This document shows positions 10,233 to 19,196 of a stretch of 64,000 nucleotides of DNA, piece after piece. The stretch covers positions 32,169 to 96,168 of the forward strand of contig CAKPDF010000004.1 of NCBI GenBank assembly GCA_934148535.1. Direction: 5' to 3'. Numbering within the stretch: position 1 is the first letter of the stretch; the number at the start of each line of letters is the position of its first letter. The position numbers were made by a program, and so were the translations under genes. The stretch is from an uncultured Bacilli bacterium. Lineage in GTDB: Bacteria > Bacillota_I > Bacilli_A > RF39 > UBA660. The notes beneath the pieces are model-generated. The model saw only the letters and a list, made by a program, of their open reading frames with translations, was not told the DNA's origin and did no database searches.

Positions 10233-10297
10233 AAACACCTGAGTTTTTTTCTTGTTTTATCCCATAAATTATGATAAGATTATTAAAGGTGATAAAG

Positions 10298-12811
10298 ATG
10301 GAAGACATAATAAAAAGAATTTACGATTATTCACTAGAAGAAATAATGGGAGAAAGATTTGGAAAATATTCTAAATACATAATTCAAGATAGAGCAATCC
10401 CAGACGTAAGAGATGGATTAAAACCAGTACAAAGAAGAATATTATTCTCAATGTATAAAGAAAAAAACACTTATGATAAACCTTACAAGAAAAGTGCCCG
10501 TGCAGTAGGAGATGTTATGGGTAAATACCATCCTCACGGAGATAGCTCAATCTATGACGCAATAGTAAGAATGAGCCAAAGTTGGAAAATGAGAGAACCA
10601 TTTGTAGATATGCAAGGTAATAACGGATCAATAGATGGCGATTCAGCAGCAGCCTCACGTTATACAGAAACAAGATTATCAAAAATAGCAGGAGCAATGT
10701 TAAAAGATATAGACAAAGATACCGTAGTAATGGCACCAAACTATGATGATACTCTTCTAGAACCAACAGTCTTACCAGCAAAATTCCCAAACCTTTTAGT
10801 AAACGGAACAACAGGAATATCTGCAGGATATGCTACAAATATACCACCACATAATTTAGGAGAAGTTATAGATGCAACTATCTATAGAATAGAACATCCA
10901 GATTGTGAATTAGATAAAATAATGAAGTATATCAAAGGTCCAGATTTTCCAACCGGTGCTATCATAGAAGGAATAGATGGAATAAAATCAGCATATAAAA
11001 CCGGAAGAGGAAAAATAATTATCAAATCACGAGCAACAATAGAAAAAAATAAAATAATAATATCAGAAATCCCATATGAAGTAAATAAAGCTCAACTAGT
11101 AAAAAAAATAGATGAAATAAGAATAGATAAAAAAATAGATGGTATATCAGAAGTGAGAGATGAATCAGACAAAACAGGATTACAAATAGCAATAGATTTA
11201 AAAAAAGATGCAGATGCTACCAACATATTAAACTATTTATACAAAAATACTGAATTACAAATATCATATAACTTTAATATGATATCAATAGTAAATAGAA
11301 GACCAATGTTATTAGGAGTTATAGGAATATTAGATGCCTATATAGCCCATCAAAGAGAAGTAGTATTAAAAAGAACAAACTTTGATCTAGAACATGCTAA
11401 AGCAAGATACCACATAGTAGAAGGCTTAATAAAAGCAATATCAGTATTAGATGAAGTAATAAAGATAATTAGAGCAAGTAAGGATAGACAAGATTCAATA
11501 AATAATTTAATAAGTAGATTTGAATTTACCGAAGCCCAAGCAACTGCTATAGTAGACATGAGATTATATAGATTATCAAATACAGACATAGTAGCACTTC
11601 AAGAAGAAAAAGCTAACCTTGAAAAAATAATGGAAGTATTACAAAAAATATTAGAAAGCAAAGCCCAACTAGATAATGTAATAAAAGAAGAATTAAAACA
11701 AGTAAAAAAAGAATACGCAACTCCTAGATTATCAGAAATAAGAGAAGAAATAACAGAAATAAAAATAGATAATACAGTAATGCTACCAAAAGAAGACGTA
11801 GTAGTAGTAGTAACAAAAGAAGGATATGTAAAAAGAGTTTCACTTAGAAGCTATGAAAAATCAAATACTGATGATCTAACATTAAAAGAAAATGACTATG
11901 TAATAGGATTATATAATATGAATACCCTAGATACATTACTAGTATTTACAGATTTAGGAAATTATTTATATATTCCAGTACATGAATTACCTGACTTAAA
12001 ATGGAAAGACTTAGGAAAACATATAAGTAATATAATTAATATAGATTCAGAAGAAGTTGTAATAAATGCAATGCCAGTATATAACTTTGATGACGATATA
12101 TATGTAACATCATTCACTAAAAACGGAATGATAAAAAGAACATGGCTAAAAGAATTTAAAGTTCAAAGATATTCAAAAGCAATAAATATGATGAAATTAA
12201 AACCTGGCGATAAAGTAGTAGATGTATCTTGTAGTAAAGAAAAAAATATTTTAATAGCAACAACCAAAGGTTATGGTCTATGGTATGACGTAGAAGAAGT
12301 ATCACCAGTAGGAATTAAAGCAGCAGGAGTAAAATCAATAAACTTAAAAGATGATACAGTAGTAAGTGGAATTTTATTTAATGCAAACACTGAATATCTA
12401 TCAATAATAATGGATAAAGGAACTGCTAAAAGATTAAAATTATCTGAAATAGATAAATCATCAAGAGCAAATAGAGGATTACTACTAATGAAAGAAATAA
12501 AAAGTAATCCTAGTAAAATAATTAAAGTATATGCTTTACCAACAAAAAACGAAATAGTAGTAACAACTAAAAATTATGAAAAAGAATTAAAATTAAGTGA
12601 AATCCCAATAATGGATAGATATAGTAATGGTTCTTATATAGTTAAAGATAAAATAATTGACACTCATGAGTTGACTAAATTAACATCAAAAGAAGACTTG
12701 GAAAAAGAAGTAGAAGTAGAACCAGTAGTAGAAAAGCATCAAGAATCATTAAAAGAAATAGATGATAGAATGATGACAATAGATGATTTATTAAAAAATA
12801 TGGAAAATTAA
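10298..12811 (+). CDS. parC: DNA topoisomerase IV subunit A (GyrA/ParC family). The ORF track start at 10271 is probably an N-terminal over-extension.
   Basis: Near-colinear with B. subtilis ParC from [30 protein letters not shown] through the catalytic Tyr region and C-terminal domain. No GyrA-box QRRGGKG seen. RBS AAAGGTGA before the ATG at 10298. Confidence 0.8.
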   Translation: [837 protein letters not shown]

Positions 12812-12818
12812 AAATCAA

Positions 12819-12853
12819 GGATGTTTATAGCGTATTATAAACATTCTTTTTTA
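12819..12853 (+). terminator. Rho-independent terminator of parC
   Basis: Stem ATGTTTATA / TATAAACAT with loop GCGTAT, then TCTTTTTT. Confidence 0.65.
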
Positions 12854-12881
12854 AATAAAAATGTAAACAATATGTCAAGAT

Positions 12882-12910
12882 ATTGAGACAAATAATAAAA
12901 TATAGTATAA
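12882..12910 (+). promoter_or_regulatory. Sigma-A-type promoter for murF
   Basis: TTGAGA (12882-12887), 17-nt spacer, TATAAT (12905-12910). Confidence 0.55.
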
Positions 12911-12935
12911 TTTAAACAAAGAAAAGAGTGATAGA

Positions 12936-14309
12936 ATGCATAATATTTATGTAAAAGACTTATTAAAAATATGTAAATCAGAATTAATATCAGGTAATCC
13001 TGATATGATACTAGAGAATTTTTCCAAAGATACAAGGACAATAAAAGAAAATGATATATATATAGCTTTATCTGGAGAAAAAGTAGATGGTAACATTTAT
13101 GCAGAAGATGCTTTAAAAAAAGGAGCATCATGTTGCATACTAGATAATTTAGACTATATAGATACCCAAAAATATAAAGATAAAACAATAATTAAAGTAG
13201 ATAATACAATAGAATGCTTGCAAGAGTTAGCAAAATTAAAAAGAAGTAAGTACAATATTCCTGTAATAGCAGTTACTGGAAGTGTAGGAAAAACAAGCAC
13301 TAAAGACATAATAGCAGAAGTAGTAAAAGGAAAGTATAATACATTAAAAACAGAAGGCAATTTAAATAACCATATAGGATTACCCCTAACAATATTAAGA
13401 CTAAAAGACGAAGAAGCACTTGTAGTGGAAATGGGAATGAATCATAAAAATGAAATAAGTGTTCTTACTAAAATAGCAAAGCCAACAATTTCAGTAATTA
13501 CAAATATAGGCACAGCTCATATAGGAAATTTAGGATCAAGAGAAAATATATTAAAAGCAAAATTAGAAATATTAGAAGGAATGGAAAAACATTCAACATT
13601 AATAATAAATAATGATAATGACCTATTACATAAAGAATTACCAAAATTAGAAAAAGATTATAATGTAATAACCATAGGAATAAATAACAATTCAACATAC
13701 CTTGCTAAAAATATTAAAGAATATCCATTTAATAGTAAATTTCAAATTGAAAATAATGACATAGAAATCAATGTTGGTGGATTACCTTTTATATATAATA
13801 GCCTAATAGCATATGCCATTGGAAAGTGTTTAAATATTGATACTGATAAAATAAAAGATGCAATATATAATTTTAAACTATCTCCTCATCGCCAAGAATT
13901 AATAATAAATAAAACTGGTACTACCATTATAGATGATACTTATAATGCTAACATAGACTCAATGTTGACAGCAATAAAAATATTAGGTCAAGTAAAAAAT
14001 AAACGAAAAATAGCCTTATTAGCAGATATGCTAGAACTAGGAGATTATGAAGAAAAATTACATAGAAAAGTAGGAAAAGCAGTAACTGATAATAATATTG
14101 ATATATTAATAACAGTAGGTCCTCTTGCAAATAAATACATAAAAGCAGAAGCAATAAAAAACAACATGGATGAACACTGTATTTACAGCTTCAATAGTGC
14201 TAATGATTCAGTAGATTTTTTAAATAAACTATTAAAAAGTAATGATATAATCCTACTTAAAGGATCAAACTCTATGCATCTAACAAATATCGTAGAAAAA
14301 ATAAAATAA
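12936..14309 (+). CDS. murF: UDP-N-acetylmuramoyl-tripeptide--D-alanyl-D-alanine ligase
   Basis: Mur ligase ATP-binding motif VTGSVGKTSTKD. Central and C-terminal Mur ligase domains. Confidence 0.9.
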   Translation: MHNIYVKDLLKICKSELISGNPDMILENFSKDTRTIKENDIYIALSGEKVDGNIYAEDALKKGASCCILDNLDYIDTQKYKDKTIIKVDNTIECLQELAKLKRSKYNIPVIAVTGSVGKTSTKDIIAEVVKGKYNTLKTEGNLNNHIGLPLTILRLKDEEALVVEMGMNHKNEISVLTKIAKPTISVITNIGTAHIGNLGSRENILKAKLEILEGMEKHSTLIINNDNDLLHKELPKLEKDYNVITIGINNNSTYLAKNIKEYPFNSKFQIENNDIEINVGGLPFIYNSLIAYAIGKCLNIDTDKIKDAIYNFKLSPHRQELIINKTGTTIIDDTYNANIDSMLTAIKILGQVKNKRKIALLADMLELGDYEEKLHRKVGKAVTDNNIDILITVGPLANKYIKAEAIKNNMDEHCIYSFNSANDSVDFLNKLLKSNDIILLKGSNSMHLTNIVEKIK

Positions 14310-14338
14310 AGAGTGTAAACAATTCGCTCTTTTTTTGT
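14310..14338 (+). terminator. Rho-independent terminator of murF
   Basis: AGAGTG...CGCTCT stem (one G-U pair) followed by TTTTTTT. Confidence 0.6.
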
Positions 14339-14387
14339 CTATCTTAAAAATATTATGTTATAATAAAAATAGATTGGTGGTAATAGT

Positions 14388-15698
14388 ATGTTTAAACTAA
14401 AAAAGAATTCATCAGAAGAAAAAATAAAAAAATCCAAAGAAATAATTAAAGAGGAAAAAAGAAAAATTAAAGAAGAAAAGAAAAAAATAAAAAGCCACAC
14501 TAAAAAAAAGCCAAAAAAGCACATTGAAAAAGAAATATATACAAGTAAAGAAGTGGCAATTTCAATAGTAATATCGATGATACTAGGTGCTGTGATTTGT
14601 ATCAGTGCAGTATTATTAACGTTAAAACTAAATCACGTCTTAGACTCTTATAAAGATTTAAGTAAGTTAATAGAAACATATAAAACTATAACAAATAATT
14701 ATTATGGTGATATAGATAAAAAAGAATTAATAGATACCGCTACAAATGCAATGATGGAATCAGTTGGAGATAACTTTACAACTTATAGTAATTCTGAAAA
14801 AACAGAAAGCTTTCTAGAAGATGTAGAAGGTAGCTATGAAGGAATAGGATGCACAGTAACTACAACAGAAGAAGGCAAAATAAAAGTAGTAAGTATGTTT
14901 GATGATAGTCCCGCTAAAAAAGCAGGACTAAAAGAAAATGATATTATTTTGGCAATAGATGGAACAGATTACCAAGATAAGACCAGTAATGATGTAGCAG
15001 AATATGTAAAAAATAGTAAAAATAAAACCATAACTCTAAAAATAAAAAGAAATGACAAAGAAAAAGCAATTAAAATAACAAGAACAAAAATAGATATACC
15101 AGTAGTATCAAGCAATTTATATGAACAAGATAATCATAAAATCGGATATATATCAATATCAATTTTTTCTAAAACAGCAACCGAACAATTTAAAAATCAA
15201 CTAGAAAAACTAGAAAAAGAAAATATTGAAGGACTAGTAATAGATGTAAGAAATGATGGAGGAGGTTACCTATCATCAGTTACAGAAATCTCTAATATGT
15301 TTTTAGCCAAAGGAAAAGTAATATATAAATTAGAAAGTGAAAAAGAAAAAGAAGTAATAAAAGACAAAACTAAAGAAAAAAGAACCTATCCAATAGCAAT
15401 ATTAATAAATGAGGATAGTGCTTCTGCTTCTGAAATATTAGCATCCGCTATAAAAGAAAGTTACAATGGATTAGTAGTAGGAGTAAATTCTTACGGAAAA
15501 GGTACTGTTCAACAAACAAAACAACTAAAAGACGGGAGTATGATAAAATATACAACGCAAAAATGGTTAACACCAAATGGTAATTGGATAAATGAAACAG
15601 GTGTAGAACCAACAAATAAAATTGAGTTAGATACTAACGGAGAAAATGATAATCAATTGCAAGAAGCAATAAAACTAGTAGTTAAAAAATTAAACTAA
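14388..15698 (+). CDS. ctpA: Carboxyl-terminal processing protease (S41 family) with a Lys-rich N-terminus and a TM anchor
   Basis: PDZ segment (PAKKAGLKENDIILAIDG), S41 catalytic Ser context SASASEILA, and conserved Lys in LKYTTQKW. Confidence 0.8.
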   Translation: MFKLKKNSSEEKIKKSKEIIKEEKRKIKEEKKKIKSHTKKKPKKHIEKEIYTSKEVAISIVISMILGAVICISAVLLTLKLNHVLDSYKDLSKLIETYKTITNNYYGDIDKKELIDTATNAMMESVGDNFTTYSNSEKTESFLEDVEGSYEGIGCTVTTTEEGKIKVVSMFDDSPAKKAGLKENDIILAIDGTDYQDKTSNDVAEYVKNSKNKTITLKIKRNDKEKAIKITRTKIDIPVVSSNLYEQDNHKIGYISISIFSKTATEQFKNQLEKLEKENIEGLVIDVRNDGGGYLSSVTEISNMFLAKGKVIYKLESEKEKEVIKDKTKEKRTYPIAILINEDSASASEILASAIKESYNGLVVGVNSYGKGTVQQTKQLKDGSMIKYTTQKWLTPNGNWINETGVEPTNKIELDTNGENDNQLQEAIKLVVKKLN

Positions 15699-15819
15699 AG
15701 CAAAAATAAATAATCAGTCAAGGTAGAAAAAGTATCGTTTCCGACAAAATAAGACAATCCAATACATGATTATGATAGAATTTAGAAGTGCCATGCTAAA
15801 AAAGAAGGAGTGATATAGC

Positions 15820-16542
15820 ATGCTAAGATATATTATTTGTGAAGACAACTCAAACTTTCTTCAAAAAATTTCAGAAGTTGTCCATAAAACAATGATGAGT
15901 TATCAAATAAATTATAAAGTAAATAAATTTACTGGATTCAATAATGAATTAGAAGAACTTATAAAAGATAAAAATGATCACAAAGTTTATATACTTGATG
16001 TAGAAATTCCAGAAGTATCAGGATTAGAAATAGCATCAATGATTAGAACTAGAGATTCAGCAAGTACTATAATATTTTTAACTTCATATCCAGAGTATAA
16101 AAATGATGTGTTTTATTCAAGATTATTAGCATTAGACTACATTCAAAAAGGAGCGCTGTGGGTAGATAGACTAAGTGACACATTGCAATATGTGTTAAAA
16201 AGAATCGAAAAAGATAAATCTCTATCATTTAAGTACAATGGTAATGAGTATAGAGTAGAGTTAGGTGAAATAAATTATATTGAAAAAGTACAAGAGCATA
16301 AAAAGTGTAACATTCATACAAGAGACGGTAAAGTTTATCAAGTATCAACAACATTAAAAGAATTAGAAAAAGAGTTAGGCCCATTCTTTTATCAATGTCA
16401 TAAATCAGTTATAGTAAATATAAATAATATAAAACATATTGATTATCCTAATAACGCTATCACATTCAAAAATAATTCTAGAGAATATCTAATATCAAAT
16501 AGAAATAAGAAAGGATTGAAAGAATATGTTAAAAATCATTGA
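15820..16542 (+). CDS. agrA: LytTR-family response regulator (AgrA-like)
   Basis: N-terminal receiver domain (acidic pocket ...YILDVEIPEVSGLE), C-terminal LytTR DNA-binding domain. Translationally overlaps the downstream AgrC-like kinase. Confidence 0.8.
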   Translation: MLRYIICEDNSNFLQKISEVVHKTMMSYQINYKVNKFTGFNNELEELIKDKNDHKVYILDVEIPEVSGLEIASMIRTRDSASTIIFLTSYPEYKNDVFYSRLLALDYIQKGALWVDRLSDTLQYVLKRIEKDKSLSFKYNGNEYRVELGEINYIEKVQEHKKCNIHTRDGKVYQVSTTLKELEKELGPFFYQCHKSVIVNINNIKHIDYPNNAITFKNNSREYLISNRNKKGLKEYVKNH

Positions 16543-17815
16543 TTCATACTTTGGAATATTAATAATGATGTTTGGAATTATATGTTTTGCAAAGATAATA
16601 CTAAATGAGAAAATTAAAGTTTCAAAAATAAAGTTATCATTAGTAATACTAATTAGTTCTGTAGCCTATACTTTATTAACTTTGTACGCTGATGGTGTAG
16701 AGAAAACATTAATCATAGTTTTATTGAACATCATTACATTTATGTATCTATTTGAGATTGATTATTCAACATCAATAACACTAACATTATTATATATTAC
16801 ATTATTACTTATTCCAGAAATACTAGTACTCATCATACTTGAAATAGGAGTGAACATTCCAAAAACATTATTTTGTGGTGGAATAATTGGTAATACAATA
16901 ATATATATATTATTCTTACCCTTAGTTTATATTGCAAGAAAACAATTGAATAAATTTGTTAATTATAAAATAAATAAAAATGCAAAAATATTAATTTTTT
17001 CAATCTTAACTTTTGTATGTATTAGTGTAGTTTTTTATAATGCATTTATTAATATTAACCCTGGTATCAATTTAATAGTAAGTATATTCATGATAATAGT
17101 TTTTATATGCATTTTGTTAAATTTAATGAAAGAAATGATAAATAACAGCAAATTAATAAGAAAATATGAACAAATTTTAGAATTTATGACCACATATGAA
17201 GATGAAGTAGAAAAACAAAGAGTTCTAAGACATGAGACTAAAAATGCATTTTTAAGTATTAAAGCTCAATTAACAGATAAAACAGAAACTCAAGAGATAA
17301 TTAATTATATAGATAGTATTCTTGAAGATGATGTTAAAATTAAAAATGAAGAATATGCAAAATTTAAATATTTACCTGCTAATGGAATAAAAGGTCTATG
17401 TTATTATAAAATTCAAGAAGCAGAAAATAGAAATATTAAAGTTTCAATAAATATTTCATCAAGAATAAAAAAATCCAGTTTATCTAAGCTATCAGTAAAA
17501 GAAATAAAAGAGTTGGGTAAAATATTAGGTGTTTATCTAGATAATGCAATTGAGGCAAGTGTAAAATCTGAAGATAAAAAACTAGGATTTGAAGCATATT
17601 TAATAGATAACAAAGTAAAAATAATAATTTCAAATACATATAAAGGTGAACTTTCAAAAGAAAAAATTGGAAATGAAATATATTCAACAAAAGGTAAAAA
17701 TAGAGGGCATGGATTATTATTGGTAAAAGAAATAGTAAGTAATAATAAAATGTTTAATATTGATACTGAAATAACAGATAGTTTATATATACAAAGTTTA
17801 ACAATAGAAAAATAG
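16526..17815 (+). CDS. agrC: AgrC-like (HPK10 family) membrane sensor histidine kinase
   Basis: About 6 N-terminal TM helices, H-box RHETKNAF, C-terminal GHKL ATPase G-box KGKNRGHGLLLVKEIV. Confidence 0.8.
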   Translation: MLKIIDSYFGILIMMFGIICFAKIILNEKIKVSKIKLSLVILISSVAYTLLTLYADGVEKTLIIVLLNIITFMYLFEIDYSTSITLTLLYITLLLIPEILVLIILEIGVNIPKTLFCGGIIGNTIIYILFLPLVYIARKQLNKFVNYKINKNAKILIFSILTFVCISVVFYNAFININPGINLIVSIFMIIVFICILLNLMKEMINNSKLIRKYEQILEFMTTYEDEVEKQRVLRHETKNAFLSIKAQLTDKTETQEIINYIDSILEDDVKIKNEEYAKFKYLPANGIKGLCYYKIQEAENRNIKVSINISSRIKKSSLSKLSVKEIKELGKILGVYLDNAIEASVKSEDKKLGFEAYLIDNKVKIIISNTYKGELSKEKIGNEIYSTKGKNRGHGLLLVKEIVSNNKMFNIDTEITDSLYIQSLTIEK

Positions 17816-18035
17816 TATATTTAATTTAGGAGTTTAATAATATAATATTAATATATTGAAAATATAAGAGAATAAAAAATCAAGGATAATGTTTTTAATT
17901 TAATTTAAAGCCTTGTTTTTTTATTATGCGTTATGATTAATGTATAATGAATTAGAAAAATATGCATACCTAAATAACATTATCATAAACACATTTAGAA
18001 AAATTTGTTATGGTAATTATATTTTTTGTAATAAT

Positions 18036-18070
18036 ATATATAAAAACAAGGCCTATTTTTATTGCCTTGT
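18036..18070 (-). terminator. Rho-independent terminator of agrB-agrD (minus strand)
   Basis: On the minus strand: stem ACAAGGC / GCCTTGT with an 11-nt loop, then TTTTTATATA. Lies immediately 3' of the agrD stop. Confidence 0.65.
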
Positions 18071-18086
18071 CCTTAAAGTCTATTAA

Positions 18087-18209
18087 TTATTTTTCTATTA
18101 AACTTTTTGGCATTCTAGGTTCATCAACTATCCAAATAAAGCATCCTTGTGTACCTGCACTAGCAGCAGCACCTCCTATTTTTGCTAAAATATCAGCAAT
18201 AAATTTCAT
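18087..18209 (-). CDS. agrD: AgrD autoinducing-peptide precursor, 40 aa. Not in the ORF track because it is under the 60-aa cutoff.
   Basis: Minus-strand ATG at 18209 with RBS AGGAAGGAGAG 7 nt upstream. Translation is MKFIADILAKIGGAAASAGTQGCFIWIVDEPRMPKSLIEK. It has an amphipathic leader, a single Cys followed by hydrophobic residues, then a DEP...PK acidic/Pro tail like staphylococcal AgrD (YSTCDFIMDEVEVPKEL). Lies 40 bp downstream of agrB. Confidence 0.8.
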   Translation of the reverse strand: MKFIADILAKIGGAAASAGTQGCFIWIVDEPRMPKSLIEK

Positions 18210-18249
18210 ATTATATCTCTCCTTCCTATTCTATATATGTTTAAATAAA

Positions 18250-18855
18250 TTAAACACCGCAATTATATTTTTTGTAGTTATCATATGGCAAGCTAAATAT
18301 CTTATAAACAAACGGATGAATCATTAATATGGCTTCCACTAAACCACATAACAAATATCCACTGACAATATTATCTTTAAAATAAATAATTAATATTAAA
18401 TAAATTATGCCCTTTATACAACTTTTAATTTTAAGAATCCTTCTCTTTTTTGCATTAATAAGAGGCCTTTTAACTGTGTCAGCAGGAGCATACTTTAAAA
18501 GTAAAATGATTGATATCGTACATAGTACTATTTTTATCACTAATGGGATTGTAGCAATGTATTTACTCAAATAAACCCCACCGATAAATAAAGTAATTGA
18601 TGAAATCAAACAATAAATACTTTTACTAGCATGAAGTCCATATGCTGTCGATCTAATCAAATTATAACATAGTAGCAACAGCACTACTTCTTTTAAGATT
18701 CCTAGCAAATATGCAAGACCAAATATTACAATTAATTTTGTCACGGTCAAATACAAAGTTTCAAGTCCATAAGAGATTTCTTCTAATCTTATATCATCAA
18801 AATCATAGTTAGAAGCAATGATATTAACTGAATAATTTAAAAATTTTTTTTTCAT
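18250..18855 (-). CDS. agrB: AgrB accessory gene regulator B (AgrD-processing membrane peptidase), 201 aa. True start 18855, not 18915.
   Basis: Membrane protein with the AgrB catalytic region IRSTAYGLHASKSIYCLISS (R...G.HA...C..S) and APADTVKRP motif. RBS AAGGAGAGAGAA immediately upstream of the ATG at 18855. The 20-codon extension in the ORF track has no RBS. Confidence 0.85.
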   Translation of the reverse strand: MKKKFLNYSVNIIASNYDFDDIRLEEISYGLETLYLTVTKLIVIFGLAYLLGILKEVVLLLLCYNLIRSTAYGLHASKSIYCLISSITLFIGGVYLSKYIATIPLVIKIVLCTISIILLLKYAPADTVKRPLINAKKRRILKIKSCIKGIIYLILIIYFKDNIVSGYLLCGLVEAILMIHPFVYKIFSLPYDNYKKYNCGV

Positions 18856-18873
18856 TTCTCTCTCCTTGTCATA

Positions 18874-18905
18874 ATTATAAGTCATAACATTACTGATGAA
18901 ACTTA
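18874..18905 (-). promoter_or_regulatory. Candidate agrBD promoter
   Basis: On the minus strand, TATAAT (complement of 18874-18879) about 20 nt upstream of the RBS. The -35 is weak (TTTCAT-like). Confidence 0.35.
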
Positions 18906-19196
18906 AAGAAATCAATAAACAAAAAGTAATTTATAACAATAAAAACATAAACACTTAATTAATAAAAATATCTAAAATAACGGAAAAAAAGAAAAAAAAT
19001 TAGTTCTTAAATTAAAGTAAGATGTAGCAAACAAAAAATGATAACTATATGTATACAACATTTCATTTAAAGAATAAAAATATTTATAATATAAAAAATG
19101 AAAGAACTAAAATATATTGTTGTAATTAATTATATAAAGTTCACTTTTCATAAAAAGAAAAAAGTGATATAATATTATCACCAAGAGGAGGTTTTT

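Noticed and set aside
10271-10297. ORF-track start of parC at 10271 (MIRLLKVIKM...)
   Set aside because: The internal ATG at 10298 has a proper RBS (AAAGGTGA) and aligns with the ParC N-terminus (compare B. subtilis ...[23 protein letters not shown]).
17876-17925. Possible + strand terminator for agrC (CAAGG...CCTTG followed by a T-run)
   Set aside because: The stem is only 5 bp with a loop of about 25 nt, which is too weak to call. agrC termination may instead rely on the bidirectional action of the 18036-18070 hairpin or on rho.
18010-18327. ORF-track + strand ORF of 105 aa
   Set aside because: It lies antisense to agrD and the agrBD terminator, has no RBS and has low-complexity composition. 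The minus-strand agrD reading with RBS and family motifs explains this DNA.
18856-18915. N-terminal 20-codon extension of agrB in the ORF track (start at 18915)
   Set aside because: There is no RBS before 18915. The internal ATG at 18855 is preceded by AAGGAGAGAGAA, and AgrB homologues begin near that point. The extension also covers the likely promoter and LytTR-repeat region.
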